Origin: Ignavibacteriota bacterium
GTDB taxonomy: Bacteria; Bacteroidota; Ignavibacteria; UBA10030; UBA6906
Assembly (NCBI GenBank): GCA_003157485.1
Contig: PMJQ01000121.1
Location: 11,233 to 75,232 of the forward strand
Direction of reading: 5' to 3'
Length of the DNA: 64,000 nt
Shown here: positions 28,934-38,589 of the stretch, piece by piece
Position numbering within the stretch: the first letter of the stretch is position 1
Layout of the letters: the number at the start of each line of letters is the position of its first letter
Translations under genes and position numbers: made by a program
The notes under the pieces: generated by a model
What the model was told of the DNA's origin: nothing
The model's input: the letters and a program-made list of their open reading frames with translations, nothing else
The model's database searches: none

Positions 28934-30100
28934 TCATGTAAGTAATGTGGCCTGTACCCTGCGAGTCCGTTCCCTCGTGTCTCCGTCAATCCGTTCCAGG
29001 TCGGCAAGCGTGAATGCGTGCATGGGCGTATGCGCGTTCAGCGCATCGCGGATGACGAAAGGGATTGCAGAGAAGGAAAGCTCCCCGTCGAGGAACATCT
29101 GGACCGCCACTTCGTTTGCCGCGTTCAGGACCGCGGGAGCTGTTCCCCCCATCTGGAGCGCGCGGAACGCAAGGGGAAGGCACTCGAACTTCTCGGTATC
29201 GGGGGGGTAGAACGTCAGCTCCCTGAGCGTTTCAAAATCGATTCGGCGGGAGGCAGTCGCCGGCCTCTCGGGATACGCCAGCGCATATAGGATCGGAAGC
29301 TTCATGTCCGGGATGCCGAGTTGGGCTTTCATCGAGCCGTCGACGAACTCCACCATCGAGTGAACAATCGATTGCGGGTGGATGACGACCTGGATTTTCT
29401 CCGGAGGGACGCCGAACAGCCAGAACGCCTCGATGACCTCCAGCCCCTTGTTCATCAGCGTGGCCGAATCAATCGTAATCTTGTTTCCCATCCGCCATGT
29501 CGGGTGATTAAGGGCTTCCGCCACCGTAATGCCGGGAAATTTTTCCTTTCCCACTTTGAGAAACGGTCCGCCGGAAGCGGTGAGGACAAGCCGCTCGATC
29601 GTCCGCGGATCTTCCCCCTGCAGGCACTGAAATATCGCGCTATGCTCGCTGTCCACGGGAAGAAGCCGCGCTCTGCCGGCGCGCACAGATTTCATGATGA
29701 GCTCCCCGCCGACGACGAGGGTCTCCTTGTTCGCGAGTGCGACGACTTTTCCCGCCTCGACGGCGCGCAGCGTCGGTTTCAGTCCCGCAAATCCCACAAG
29801 AGAGCTCAGGACCACGTCCACATCATCACGGCCTGCCGCCTCAAGGAGACCTTCTGCTCCGCACATGATCTCGACCCCGTGTCCGACGGAAGACCTGAGC
29901 GCCGCGGCACGTTCCGGATCGGACACCACAACCCCCTTCGGGCGGAACCGGTTGATTTGATCGCGCAAAAGATCGATATTTCTGTTGGCGGAAAGGTATA
30001 CCGCGCGGAACCGGTCGGGAAAGCCGGCAATCACTTCCAGAGCGCTGCGGCCGATCGAACCCGTCGATCCGAGGATGGCGATAGTGCGCGGAGATGTCAC
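28934..30100 (-). CDS. dxr: 1-deoxy-D-xylulose 5-phosphate reductoisomerase
   Basis: IAILGSTGSIGRSAL NADPH motif, LANKE, DSEHSAIFQC. GTG start at 30100. Confidence 0.94.
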   Translation of the reverse strand: MTSPRTIAILGSTGSIGRSALEVIAGFPDRFRAVYLSANRNIDLLRDQINRFRPKGVVVSDPERAAALRSSVGHGVEIMCGAEGLLEAAGRDDVDVVLSSLVGFAGLKPTLRAVEAGKVVALANKETLVVGGELIMKSVRAGRARLLPVDSEHSAIFQCLQGEDPRTIERLVLTASGGPFLKVGKEKFPGITVAEALNHPTWRMGNKITIDSATLMNKGLEVIEAFWLFGVPPEKIQVVIHPQSIVHSMVEFVDGSMKAQLGIPDMKLPILYALAYPERPATASRRIDFETLRELTFYPPDTEKFECLPLAFRALQMGGTAPAVLNAANEVAVQMFLDGELSFSAIPFVIRDALNAHTPMHAFTLADLERIDGDTRERTRRVQATLLT

Positions 30101-30205
30101 GTGTGTAATGGAGGCCCCTCAATACAATATTCCAAGGTACGGAAAAGGGATCTGGCTATCAAGAAACCGCGCTGCGGTGGGGACGGGTGCAGCCTGCGCA
30201 TTCGC

Positions 30206-32050
30206 GTGCTCATTCTTGCCATTCTGGCGGGTCCGGCACTCTCCCAGCCAGTACTGTCTCAAACCCCTGACAGGGATTCAAAGTTTCGGCTCGCACAGGG
30301 GCTGGAACAGGCCGGAGAATACGAACGCGCCGCCCCGCTCTACGAGGGGCTCCTCCAGGGGGACCCCGGAAACATCGTGCTTCTTGACGCTGTCGAGCGG
30401 ATGTGGATGCAGCTCAAACGGTACGATCAGGCCATTGGGCTTCTCCGGACGCGTCTCCTCAGGGCTCCCTCTGACGTAAACCTGCATGCGCAGCTCGGGA
30501 GCGTTCTCTACAGAGCGGGGCGTGAAAAAGAGGCGGATGCAGAATGGGAAGCGGCGATTGCCTCCGGTCCGTCGAATCCCGGAACATACCGGCTCGTCGC
30601 AGCGGTGCTTGCAGAAAACAGGCTCCTGGACCATGCGGCGGACATCTACCGCCGCGGGAGGAAAGCAACCGGCGATCCGGACCTCTTCACGCTCGAGTTG
30701 GCCCAGCTCCTCTCCTCCACGATGAACTATGGGGGGGCAACGGGGGAATATCTCCGCTGGCTCGCAAAAAACCCCGGCCAGATCTCATTCGTCCAGAGCC
30801 GGCTGTCGCAGATAACGGGCCGTCCGGAGGCACGGGAGGCCGCCGAGGGGGTCATTCGCGGAGCGCTCGCAGACCAGCCGGACCTTCCGCTTCTCCAGCT
30901 TCTCGGGTGGCTCGCGATGGAAGGGAAGAACTACGAAGAAGCCCTCAACGTGTACGTGAAGATCGACGCTCTTGCGGGCGCCCGCGGGAACGAACTCTAC
31001 CAGTTTGCCAACCACGCCTCGGGAGACAGGGCGTTCGCCGTCGCGGCGCGGGCGTATCAGGCTGCGATCAACGTTCCCGTGGCTGCGGGTGTGATGCCGT
31101 TTGCACGATTCGGGTATGCCACGTCCGTCCTGGAACTCCAGGCCGAGGCGGACACGTTCGCTTCCCCGCTCCGGGGGACTCCCGCTACGGAAGCCGTCCC
31201 CCTGTACGGCGGCGCGGTCAGACTTTTTCAGAAGATCATCGAGGACTACCCCGGAACGGAGTTTTCCGCGAGATCATGGTACAGGATCGGGGTCATGCAG
31301 AGGGAGAAGTTCCAGGACCGCGAAGGCGCGGTCACCTCGCTCCGCCACGTCATCGACGAGGCGGGTGCAGTCCCTTCTCTCCGCGTACAGACGGAGCTCA
31401 TGATGGGGAAAGTTCACGTCGCGCGCGGGGACACCGCAAAGGCGGAGGCCTACTTTCGTGAAGTTGAGGCCGCCCGGGAGGCGCTCCCGGACGACCACGA
31501 TGAATCGGTCTACCTGCTCGCGGAGATCGACTACTTCGCAGGCCGGTTCGATTCCGCGATGCAGAGACTTGCCAGGATCACCGTCAACCTGAAAGCGGAT
31601 TATGCCAACGACGCTCTTCGCCTGGCGGCGTTCCTGCAGGAGAATGCTGCGGCTGCCCCCGAAGCGCTGGGGAAATTTGCGGGGGCGGAGTTCCTGGCCA
31701 GACAGGGGAAGAACACCGAAGCGATCGCCGTTCTCCTCGCGATCATCCAGTCGTTTCCGCAGGCGCCGCTCGTCGACGATGCGCTCATGAAGGTGGGGGA
31801 ACTTCAGACGTCCGCCGGTTTCTTCCGGGAGGCAGCCGCATCCTATGAACGCCTACTCGCCGAGTTCAGGGACAAAAGCACAGAGCTCGACAGGGCGGAG
31901 TTTGCGCTCGGGGAGGTGTATCAATACGGCCTGCGCGATCCTGTCAGGGCGCAAGCCGCCTTCGAGCGTCTCCTTGCCGATCATCCGAAATCCATCCTTG
32001 CGGATCGTGCGCGGCAGAGAATCCGACAGTTGAGAGGGGAATCGCTGTGA
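30206..32050 (+). CDS. Exported tetratricopeptide-repeat protein
   Basis: The C-terminal ~615 codons of ORF 29321..32050. The upstream ~295 codons are antisense to dxr and are discarded. Short hydrophobic N-terminus (VLILAILAGPALSQ), then TPR-like repeats. Exact start is uncertain (GTG 30206 or the nearby ATT at 30200). Confidence 0.7.
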   Translation: MLILAILAGPALSQPVLSQTPDRDSKFRLAQGLEQAGEYERAAPLYEGLLQGDPGNIVLLDAVERMWMQLKRYDQAIGLLRTRLLRAPSDVNLHAQLGSVLYRAGREKEADAEWEAAIASGPSNPGTYRLVAAVLAENRLLDHAADIYRRGRKATGDPDLFTLELAQLLSSTMNYGGATGEYLRWLAKNPGQISFVQSRLSQITGRPEAREAAEGVIRGALADQPDLPLLQLLGWLAMEGKNYEEALNVYVKIDALAGARGNELYQFANHASGDRAFAVAARAYQAAINVPVAAGVMPFARFGYATSVLELQAEADTFASPLRGTPATEAVPLYGGAVRLFQKIIEDYPGTEFSARSWYRIGVMQREKFQDREGAVTSLRHVIDEAGAVPSLRVQTELMMGKVHVARGDTAKAEAYFREVEAAREALPDDHDESVYLLAEIDYFAGRFDSAMQRLARITVNLKADYANDALRLAAFLQENAAAAPEALGKFAGAEFLARQGKNTEAIAVLLAIIQSFPQAPLVDDALMKVGELQTSAGFFREAAASYERLLAEFRDKSTELDRAEFALGEVYQYGLRDPVRAQAAFERLLADHPKSILADRARQRIRQLRGESL

Positions 32051-33327
32051 AGAAGAGAACCGTGCGGAATCTGCTTGTCATACTCCTCATGTGTGCGGGG
32101 GGGAGGGCGGCCGGACAGGACAAGATCCTCATTCCGATGGACCTCTCCCAGACCGATCATCTGAAGGCCTATGGGATCGCATACATGGCGCTTTCCCGCG
32201 GTCTTGAGATCGACTGGCTTCTGAACTACCGGGGCGGGTCATTCATGCTCGACGCGCATGACTTCATAGCGACGGAATGCCTTGTGCGCGGCGTCTTGTT
32301 CGTCCGGGAATCCGCCTCCGGTGCAGCGACGATCTACGCCGACGTCCAGCGGGAAGATAACAACATGGACGTCGTCAGGCTGGAGAAGGCCCCCCGTGTT
32401 GCGGTGTACGTTCCTCCGGGATTTCAGCCGTGGGATGACGCCGTCACCCTGGCTCTGGACTACGCGGAGATCAAATACGACAAACTGTGGGACGACGAAG
32501 TCCTGGAAGGGAAACTCGCCAACTACGATTGGCTGCACCTTCATCATGAAGACTTCACGGGCCAGTACGGAAAATTCTACGCTTCCTTCGCGGGAGCGGC
32601 ATGGTATCAAGCCCAGGTGGCGCAGCTAGAGCAGGAGGCGCGGAAACTCGGGTTTAAGAAGGTCTCCGAACTGAAGAAGGCGGTGGCACGCGCGATCGCC
32701 CGGTACGTCGCTGCCGGGGGATTCATGTTTGCGATGTGTTCCGCAACCGATACGTTCGACATCGCCCTGGCGGCGGAGAACACGGATATCTGCGACGCGA
32801 TGTACGACGGTGACCCCCCCGATCCCGACTTCCAGAAGAAACTCGACTTCTCGAAGACGCTCGCCTTTACCGGATTCACCGTCGAAAAGAATCCCCTGCG
32901 CTATGAGTACTCGGACATCGACGAGCCGCCGAGCGACATGCTTGGTGCGCAGAACCCTGAAACCGACTATTTCACCCTCTTCGAATTCTCGGCGAAGTTT
33001 GATCCCGTTCCCACGATGCTCACGCAGAACCACGTCAACGTCATCAAGGGGTTTATGGGGCAGACCACCGGATTCAAGAAGAGTCTCATCAAGACCAGCG
33101 TCACAATACTTGCCGAGAAGCAGGGGACAGACGAAGTCAGGTATCTCCACGGCAACTTCGGGCGGGGGACGTTCACGTTTTACGGCGGCCATGACCCGGA
33201 GGACTACCAGCACGCCGTGGGGAATCCGCCCACCGACCTCTCGCTTCACAAAAACTCTCCGGGCTACAGGCTCATACTCAACAACATACTGTTTCCGGCG
33301 GCACGCAAGAAGCAGCAGAAAACATAA
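32047..33327 (+). CDS. Exported conserved hypothetical protein, possibly GATase1/DJ-1-like fold
   Basis: Signal peptide MKKRTVRNLLVILLMCAGGRAAG. PRVAVY..YDWLHLHHEDF..GGFMFAMCSATD resembles a strand/nucleophile-elbow Cys arrangement. GTGA overlap with the TPR gene stop. Confidence 0.45.
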   Translation: MKKRTVRNLLVILLMCAGGRAAGQDKILIPMDLSQTDHLKAYGIAYMALSRGLEIDWLLNYRGGSFMLDAHDFIATECLVRGVLFVRESASGAATIYADVQREDNNMDVVRLEKAPRVAVYVPPGFQPWDDAVTLALDYAEIKYDKLWDDEVLEGKLANYDWLHLHHEDFTGQYGKFYASFAGAAWYQAQVAQLEQEARKLGFKKVSELKKAVARAIARYVAAGGFMFAMCSATDTFDIALAAENTDICDAMYDGDPPDPDFQKKLDFSKTLAFTGFTVEKNPLRYEYSDIDEPPSDMLGAQNPETDYFTLFEFSAKFDPVPTMLTQNHVNVIKGFMGQTTGFKKSLIKTSVTILAEKQGTDEVRYLHGNFGRGTFTFYGGHDPEDYQHAVGNPPTDLSLHKNSPGYRLILNNILFPAARKKQQKT

Positions 33328-33349
33328 CCTCACACTTACAGGACGAACA

Positions 33350-33997
33350 ATGAAACGGATACTCCTTGCGGGAGCCCTTCTCATCGCTCTGGCGGCAGTC
33401 TCATCACGAGCCCTTGCCCTCGGTCCGGGATTCGCATTCGGCGTCCATGCCAATTTCACGAGCAGCAGTTTTCCCGGGCCCTCCACGAGCGGACTGAACC
33501 AGCAGATCAACAGTGCCTACGGTGTCGGCTGGGGCGGCGGCGTGCACGTGGACGCCAATCTGATGCTCTTCAGCGTACGCCTGACGGGCGATTACATCCA
33601 CTATGCGATCGACGAAACCAAATTCCGCGATTCATTCCGTTCCCTGTTCGGAAGCGCGGCCGATCAGATGTCCGTCAGCGGAGGGGGACTTGGAATTGTC
33701 ACGATTGCCGTGAACGGGAAGATGCCGATTCTCCCGCTCCCGATCGTAACGCCGTACATCACCGGAGGTATCGGGCTGGCGTGGGTGAACAGGGACGAGG
33801 TGACGACGTCGATCACCGGGTTTCCAGGAAACAAGTTCCCCTCGTCGTCGCAGAGCGGCAAGACGTCGATCGCTGTCGGCGCAGGCGTGGATCTGAAGCT
33901 CGGGATCAATCTCTTCCTCGAGGTGAAGTACGCGTGGATATTCACCGACGTTGCGACATCGACGTACGTGCCTGTGACGGTCGGTGTGACATTCTGA
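33350..33997 (+). CDS. Small outer-membrane beta-barrel protein (OmpA-like/OmpW-like barrel)
   Basis: Signal peptide MKRILLAGALLIALAAVSSRALA, alternating beta-strand pattern, and a C-terminal Phe (..VTVGVTF) typical of an OMP beta-signal. Confidence 0.7.
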   Translation: MKRILLAGALLIALAAVSSRALALGPGFAFGVHANFTSSSFPGPSTSGLNQQINSAYGVGWGGGVHVDANLMLFSVRLTGDYIHYAIDETKFRDSFRSLFGSAADQMSVSGGGLGIVTIAVNGKMPILPLPIVTPYITGGIGLAWVNRDEVTTSITGFPGNKFPSSSQSGKTSIAVGAGVDLKLGINLFLEVKYAWIFTDVATSTYVPVTVGVTF

Positions 33998-35465
33998 CCC
34001 CGCGCGCGTGTATTCTCTGCTCAGCCTGCCTTCGGGGGGCCGGTCCGGCCGTCACCGGGCAGCGGGCGCATCTCCCTTTTGCGCAGTAGAGTCTGTAGAG
34101 ATGGAGCATCCCCTGAAATTCCAGGGGGGAGCAGGAGGGAAACTTCCCTCCCGTCAGAAGCGATTGTACGCGCCGTGTCACGCTGTTTTGCTCTGATGCC
34201 GGGAGCGCCCGGAGGAAGGCGCGCGTCTCGCGCAGCGCACACACATCTCCCTCCATGCGCGCATGAAGAAGAAGGAGGGGGACGATCCCGTTGACGATGA
34301 TCTCGTGTACCCGTGTGCGCCCGAGCGCGATCCCCAGGCCCCTGCCCCTGCCTCGGAAATGAACGTGCCGCGACCAGAAGAGATCCGGTGAGATGCGGAA
34401 CATGGCGAGAAGAGCGCTGCGTTTCTCGCGGGAGGTCGCCCCGGGACGCTCGAGCATCCCGAGCATCCCTTTCACCGCCCCGCGGGCGAAGAGTGATGGG
34501 AGGAGGAAGCATAGTGCCGCCAGCCGTGCGGTGGGGAAATTCACCGGGCGGAGCCGGAAGAACTTCCAGTCTCCCTCGTGCAACGGGGATACTCCGGGGA
34601 GGGGCTGGAGCGCACGCCATCTCCGGCGGAGTCTCCTGACGTACGAGCGGCTTTCGCATTCCCGCAGCGCACTCAGCGAAGGAAGAAGCCCTGCCGCTCC
34701 GAAGAGAAGCGCCTGCATCGTGACGGTATCGTCGAGCCCGTGCGCTCTGAGGAGCGGGAGGGAGACCGATCGCGCCAGCGCAAGAAAGGGGAAGCGGTTT
34801 CCCCCGTATCCCATCCCCTCAAGAACAGATTCGTACAGAATCTGATCCCACGCCGATTCCTGGATGGCCTCTGTCGGCGAACACTCCCCACGTTCCATCG
34901 CGCGCTCTTCGAGGATCTGCCGGAATCGCCTCCCCAGTGACCGTACCCTCCGGGCAATCCGTCTCGCGCCAAGCGCGTTGATTCTCCTCCGGACGGATGC
35001 CCGGGGAAGGGGGCGTCGATCCCTTCCGCACGACGCATTCCGGGAGCGGCGATCGCCCGACGACCATCTGCCGTAGAGAAAAGGATCGACGTACGGAGAG
35101 AGGACAAGAAGAGGGATGCGGCGTCCCGCAGCAGTGCGCGCCGGCGGACACCTTCTTGCTGGAGAGAACACGACGTGAAGAATGACGCCGTTGTAGTGGG
35201 GGTCGAACCCGTGCCGGTGAGCATGCCAGGAACCGGCGCGGATGTGCACCTCAATGTCCCCCCGGTAGAGCACCCCCCCGATGCGAATCAGAGCGCCCGT
35301 GAAATCAGGGCCGCCGTCGGGATTCGATTGGCCGGGAAAACGGACAACGACACGCGCGCCGTCGGATGTTGCAAGTGCGGATGAGGAGAAAAGACGGTGC
35401 TGCCACACCTCTCGAAGAAACTTCTCGGGGATGGGGATGAGAGCCATGGTCTGCGCTCGTGCCAT
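33942..35465 (-). CDS. DUF2851-family protein
   Basis: N-terminus IPEKFLREVWQHRLF...GQSNPDGGPDFTGALIRIGG..YRGDIEVHIRAGSWHAHRH matches the remembered DUF2851 signature. The 3' tail overlaps the convergent OMP gene by 56 nt. Confidence 0.65.
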   Translation of the reverse strand: MARAQTMALIPIPEKFLREVWQHRLFSSSALATSDGARVVVRFPGQSNPDGGPDFTGALIRIGGVLYRGDIEVHIRAGSWHAHRHGFDPHYNGVILHVVFSPARRCPPARTAAGRRIPLLVLSPYVDPFLYGRWSSGDRRSRNASCGRDRRPLPRASVRRRINALGARRIARRVRSLGRRFRQILEERAMERGECSPTEAIQESAWDQILYESVLEGMGYGGNRFPFLALARSVSLPLLRAHGLDDTVTMQALLFGAAGLLPSLSALRECESRSYVRRLRRRWRALQPLPGVSPLHEGDWKFFRLRPVNFPTARLAALCFLLPSLFARGAVKGMLGMLERPGATSREKRSALLAMFRISPDLFWSRHVHFRGRGRGLGIALGRTRVHEIIVNGIVPLLLLHARMEGDVCALRETRAFLRALPASEQNSVTRRVQSLLTGGKFPSCSPLEFQGMLHLYRLYCAKGRCARCPVTAGPAPRRQAEQRIHARGVRMSHRPSQARTSMSQRR

Positions 35466-35504
35466 CCCCCGGGATGGGTCGAACGGCCCGTTGTGACTGA
35501 CGCG

Positions 35505-36329
35505 TTATGCCGGGAAATACTTCAGGCGGTACGTGTTCATCTCATCACGGAGGGCGATCGCGGCTTCCCGCGCTGCGCGCGCAAAATCCTCTCCGCGCGA
35601 GGCATAGATAATGCTCCTGCCTGCGTTGATAATTGCCATCGTCCCGTCCGCGGCGCACCCGTATCTGACCGCGGAGCGTACATCCCCCCCCTGAGCACCC
35701 ACCCCGGGAATCAAGAGAGGCATATCAGGGACCAGCGAGCGAACCCGGCGCAGTTCCTTCGGCCTCGTTGCGCCGACGACGACGCCGCAGTTCTTCCGCC
35801 TGTTCCATTTCTTAGCTTTGGCGATCACGTGTTCGTACAGAGGCTTTCCCCGCACCGGAAGGTACTGAAAATCGCGCGCCCCCGGGTTCGACGTGAGCGC
35901 AAGGACGAACGCCCCCTGATTGCTGTTCTTCAGGAACGGTGCCACGGAATCCTCGCCCATATACGGGTTGACCGTGGATGCTGCGAACTCATAATCGTCA
36001 ACGAAGAGCTTTGCATAGCGTTCGGAGGAATTCCCGATGTCGCCCCGCTTCCCGTCCCCGATCGTCACAATCTCCTCCGGGATCCGGGCGAGCGTCTGGT
36101 GTACCGTATACCACCCGTGTTCCCCCGCCACTTCGTAAAATGCGAGGTTGATCTTGTATGCGCACACGAGGTCTTTGGTGGCATCGATGATCCGCCTGTT
36201 GAACTCATACACGGGATCTCCCCACTCGAAGAGGAATTCCGGGATCGTATTGACGTCGGTGTCAAGGCCGATGCACAGGAGGCTGTCGTTCTTTTTCTGG
36301 ATCCTCCGCAACCTCTGGGAGAAATTCAT
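35505..36329 (-). CDS. pyrF: Orotidine 5'-phosphate decarboxylase (type 2)
   Basis: SLLCIGLDTD and GDGKRGDIGNS motifs. Start trimmed to MNFSQRL (36329). Confidence 0.88.
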   Translation of the reverse strand: MNFSQRLRRIQKKNDSLLCIGLDTDVNTIPEFLFEWGDPVYEFNRRIIDATKDLVCAYKINLAFYEVAGEHGWYTVHQTLARIPEEIVTIGDGKRGDIGNSSERYAKLFVDDYEFAASTVNPYMGEDSVAPFLKNSNQGAFVLALTSNPGARDFQYLPVRGKPLYEHVIAKAKKWNRRKNCGVVVGATRPKELRRVRSLVPDMPLLIPGVGAQGGDVRSAVRYGCAADGTMAIINAGRSIIYASRGEDFARAAREAAIALRDEMNTYRLKYFPA

Positions 36330-36355
36330 TGAAGTTCCTCGGTATCGGTCCTGAG

Positions 36356-37207
36356 TCAGCGGCTGTGCCACGCGGGGGCGTAGTCTCCCCTGAACGAAAG
36401 GAGTGTTTCCTTCTGCGTCGCGAGCGTGAAACGGCAGATTCCTCCTTTCTTCGACACGAGGATTTCGCCGGGGACCGCCGTGTAACAGGGGTTTCGCTCG
36501 TCAACGCCGTCCCTGGTGAGCCTCGTCTGGTTTCCCCCCGAGAGAGTCATCGAATAGATCTGAAGCATCCCATCCCGGTCGGATACGAACATGATCTCCG
36601 TGCCGCTGCCGGAAAGAGCCGGCGCGAAATTATTGTGGTCCGGCGCTGTCAGCGGCGTCACAGTCTTTGTCCGGAGTGCGATGGACGCGATGGACAGCCG
36701 TCCCCTGTCGTTCAGTGTGACAATCACCGAGCTGCCGTCCGGCACAGGCAGAGGCGAGTCCTTGACAAAAGAATCAGCGGTCAATCGTTCCGTCCCGTTC
36801 CCGTCCGGTTTCATGCTGTAAACGTCGCCGTTGATGGCGTCCCGCGTCGAGACATAAAGTATTCTGTCCCCGGCCGGAGTCCAGGAGGGTGCGGTATTCG
36901 TTCCCGCCGCTTTCGTCAGCTGGTTGAGATCGCTCCCGTCCGGGCCCATTGTGTAGATATCCCATGTGCCGTCCCTGTCGGAGGCGAACGCGATACGGGA
37001 GCCGTCGGGAGACCAGGCCGGGGCGATATCGTTTGCCGGGTTCTCCGTCAGCCTTCGCTGTTCCGCTCCGGCAGCGGTCATCGTATAAATTTCGAAATTT
37101 CCATCCCTGTTTGACTGGAATGCAATCATGCCGTCGTGTTCCTGTGAGCAACCGGACATTGCAAGCAGCATCGGGATCAACACGAGGGAAGGAGCGTACC
37201 TGCTCAT
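36356..37207 (-). CDS. TolB-like beta-propeller lipoprotein (PD40/WD40-like repeats)
   Basis: Lipoprotein-type signal (LLAMSGC). Reiterated SPDG..I.F.S.RDG..(D/E)IY.M repeats. ATGA overlap with the thioesterase stop. Confidence 0.75.
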   Translation of the reverse strand: MSRYAPSLVLIPMLLAMSGCSQEHDGMIAFQSNRDGNFEIYTMTAAGAEQRRLTENPANDIAPAWSPDGSRIAFASDRDGTWDIYTMGPDGSDLNQLTKAAGTNTAPSWTPAGDRILYVSTRDAINGDVYSMKPDGNGTERLTADSFVKDSPLPVPDGSSVIVTLNDRGRLSIASIALRTKTVTPLTAPDHNNFAPALSGSGTEIMFVSDRDGMLQIYSMTLSGGNQTRLTRDGVDERNPCYTAVPGEILVSKKGGICRFTLATQKETLLSFRGDYAPAWHSR

Positions 37208-37650
37208 GAGGACTCCTGTTCTCTGAACTGGGTGTATTGTTCGATCACCCACGCGGGGATCGGAATCGACCGGCCGGATGAGATGCTTATCATCGAATTG
37301 ACGATGGAGCCCTCGGCGGCGATCTTCATCGTGGATTTTCGGAAAATCTGAAAGCGTACGAGCGCGTCGGTTTTCCCGAACGAGTCAAGCCACGTGCGGA
37401 CGATGAGGGTCTCCCCCATCATGAGCGGCCTCTTGAACTCGATCTGGCAGGATTTTACATACCATCCCCACCCGTGTTCGGTGAATTTCTCCATCGACAT
37501 GCCGTAGCACCTGGTCATCTGATCGAACCGCGCATACAGCACGTAATCCAGGTACCGCGACGTGTGGACATGATTGTTCATGTCGATATCGTCGGGCCGC
37601 ACAGCGACCTCGGAATCGAACTTACAGTACGCCACTCCCTCTGCAGTCAT
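37204..37650 (-). CDS. Hotdog-fold acyl-CoA thioesterase (4HBT/YbgC-like)
   Basis: VRPDDIDMNNHVHTSRYLDYVLYAR is typical of the 4HBT family. 148 aa. Confidence 0.75.
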   Translation of the reverse strand: MTAEGVAYCKFDSEVAVRPDDIDMNNHVHTSRYLDYVLYARFDQMTRCYGMSMEKFTEHGWGWYVKSCQIEFKRPLMMGETLIVRTWLDSFGKTDALVRFQIFRKSTMKIAAEGSIVNSMISISSGRSIPIPAWVIEQYTQFREQESS

Positions 37651-38514
37651 TCAGCTTCCGGAGGAAAACTTTGATCGTGTCTCCACGCTCAGCACCTCGT
37701 TCATCGACCCCGTCCTGTATCCCTGAAGATCGAGCGTCACGTAGGTGAACCCCAGGTCCTTCATGAACCCGACGAGCTCGGCACGGAGCCCCGGGTCAAA
37801 AACCCTCTGGATCTCCTCCGTACTCAGTTCGACCCGTGCCGTGCTGGCATCATGAAAACGAACGCGGAATGCCCTGAAGCCGCGATCGCGGAGGAACGTC
37901 TCCGCGCGGTCGACCTTCGTCAGGTTTTCCCGCGTAATCGCCGTCCCGTATGGAAAACGGGAGGAGAGGCAGGCGAACGACGGTTTGTCCCAGGTCGGGA
38001 GCCCCAGGTGTTTCGAGAGCGCACGCACGTCCGCCTTCGAGAGCTCCGCCTCGAGGAGCGGGGAGCGGACGTCTTTTTCCGCCTTCGCCTTCATCCCCGG
38101 GCGGAAATCGCCGATGTCGTCGGTGATCGTCCCGTCGGCAATCCAGCGGATCCCCTCCCGTGCGGCGATCACGTCGAGTTTTCCAAACAGCTCCGTCTTG
38201 CAGTAATAGCAGCGGTCGGCCGGGTTTTCCCGGAATTTCAAGTCGTCGGTTTCCTCCGTCCGCACGATGACCGACCGGGCCCCCATCGCCGCGGCGATCG
38301 CCGCCGCCTCCTCGAACTCTCGCGTCGGATACGTCTCCGAGCGGCCGATCATGGCGAGGGCGCGCGGCCCCAGCGTATCCACGGCCACTTTCAGCAGAAG
38401 CGTGCTGTCCACTCCCCCCGAATAGCCGATGGCGACGCTCTCCATTGCCCTCAGAATCGTGACAAGGCAGTCGTACTTCGTTTGAAGCGCTTCAGAAAGC
38501 ATCTCCCCTCCCAT
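37651..38514 (-). CDS. PP-loop ATP pyrophosphatase, LarE-like sulfur transferase family
   Basis: SGGVDSTLLL PP-loop and FACLSSRFPYG Cys motif. The true start may be the second ATG (38502), which is preceded by GGGAGGGGAG. Confidence 0.7.
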   Translation of the reverse strand: MGGEMLSEALQTKYDCLVTILRAMESVAIGYSGGVDSTLLLKVAVDTLGPRALAMIGRSETYPTREFEEAAAIAAAMGARSVIVRTEETDDLKFRENPADRCYYCKTELFGKLDVIAAREGIRWIADGTITDDIGDFRPGMKAKAEKDVRSPLLEAELSKADVRALSKHLGLPTWDKPSFACLSSRFPYGTAITRENLTKVDRAETFLRDRGFRAFRVRFHDASTARVELSTEEIQRVFDPGLRAELVGFMKDLGFTYVTLDLQGYRTGSMNEVLSVETRSKFSSGS

Positions 38515-38526
38515 TGCAGACAGCGT

Positions 38527-38565
38527 AGAAAAGAAAAGACCTCGTCCCTGACTCAGAACAAGGTC
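38527..38565 (-). terminator. Intrinsic-terminator-like hairpin plus U-tract between the TPR gene and the larE-like gene
   Basis: Minus-strand RNA GACCUUGU-U-CUG-AGU-CAG-GG-ACGAGGUC (about 11-12 bp including G.U pairs), followed by UUUUCUUUUCU. Confidence 0.5.
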
Positions 38566-38589
38566 GGCATGCGCGGGCGCTCGCCGGGG

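Noticed and set aside
29321-30205. N-terminal ~295 codons of the 909-aa ORF 29321..32050
   Set aside because: This part is antisense to dxr and has no TPR or signal features. The real exported TPR protein begins near 30206, where a hydrophobic N-terminus appears.
33942-33997. 56-bp convergent overlap of the OMP gene and the DUF2851 gene as a possible regulatory antisense arrangement
   Set aside because: It is most simply explained by a stop-poor GC-rich tail extending the DUF2851 ORF past its conserved CxxC end. There is no independent evidence of function.
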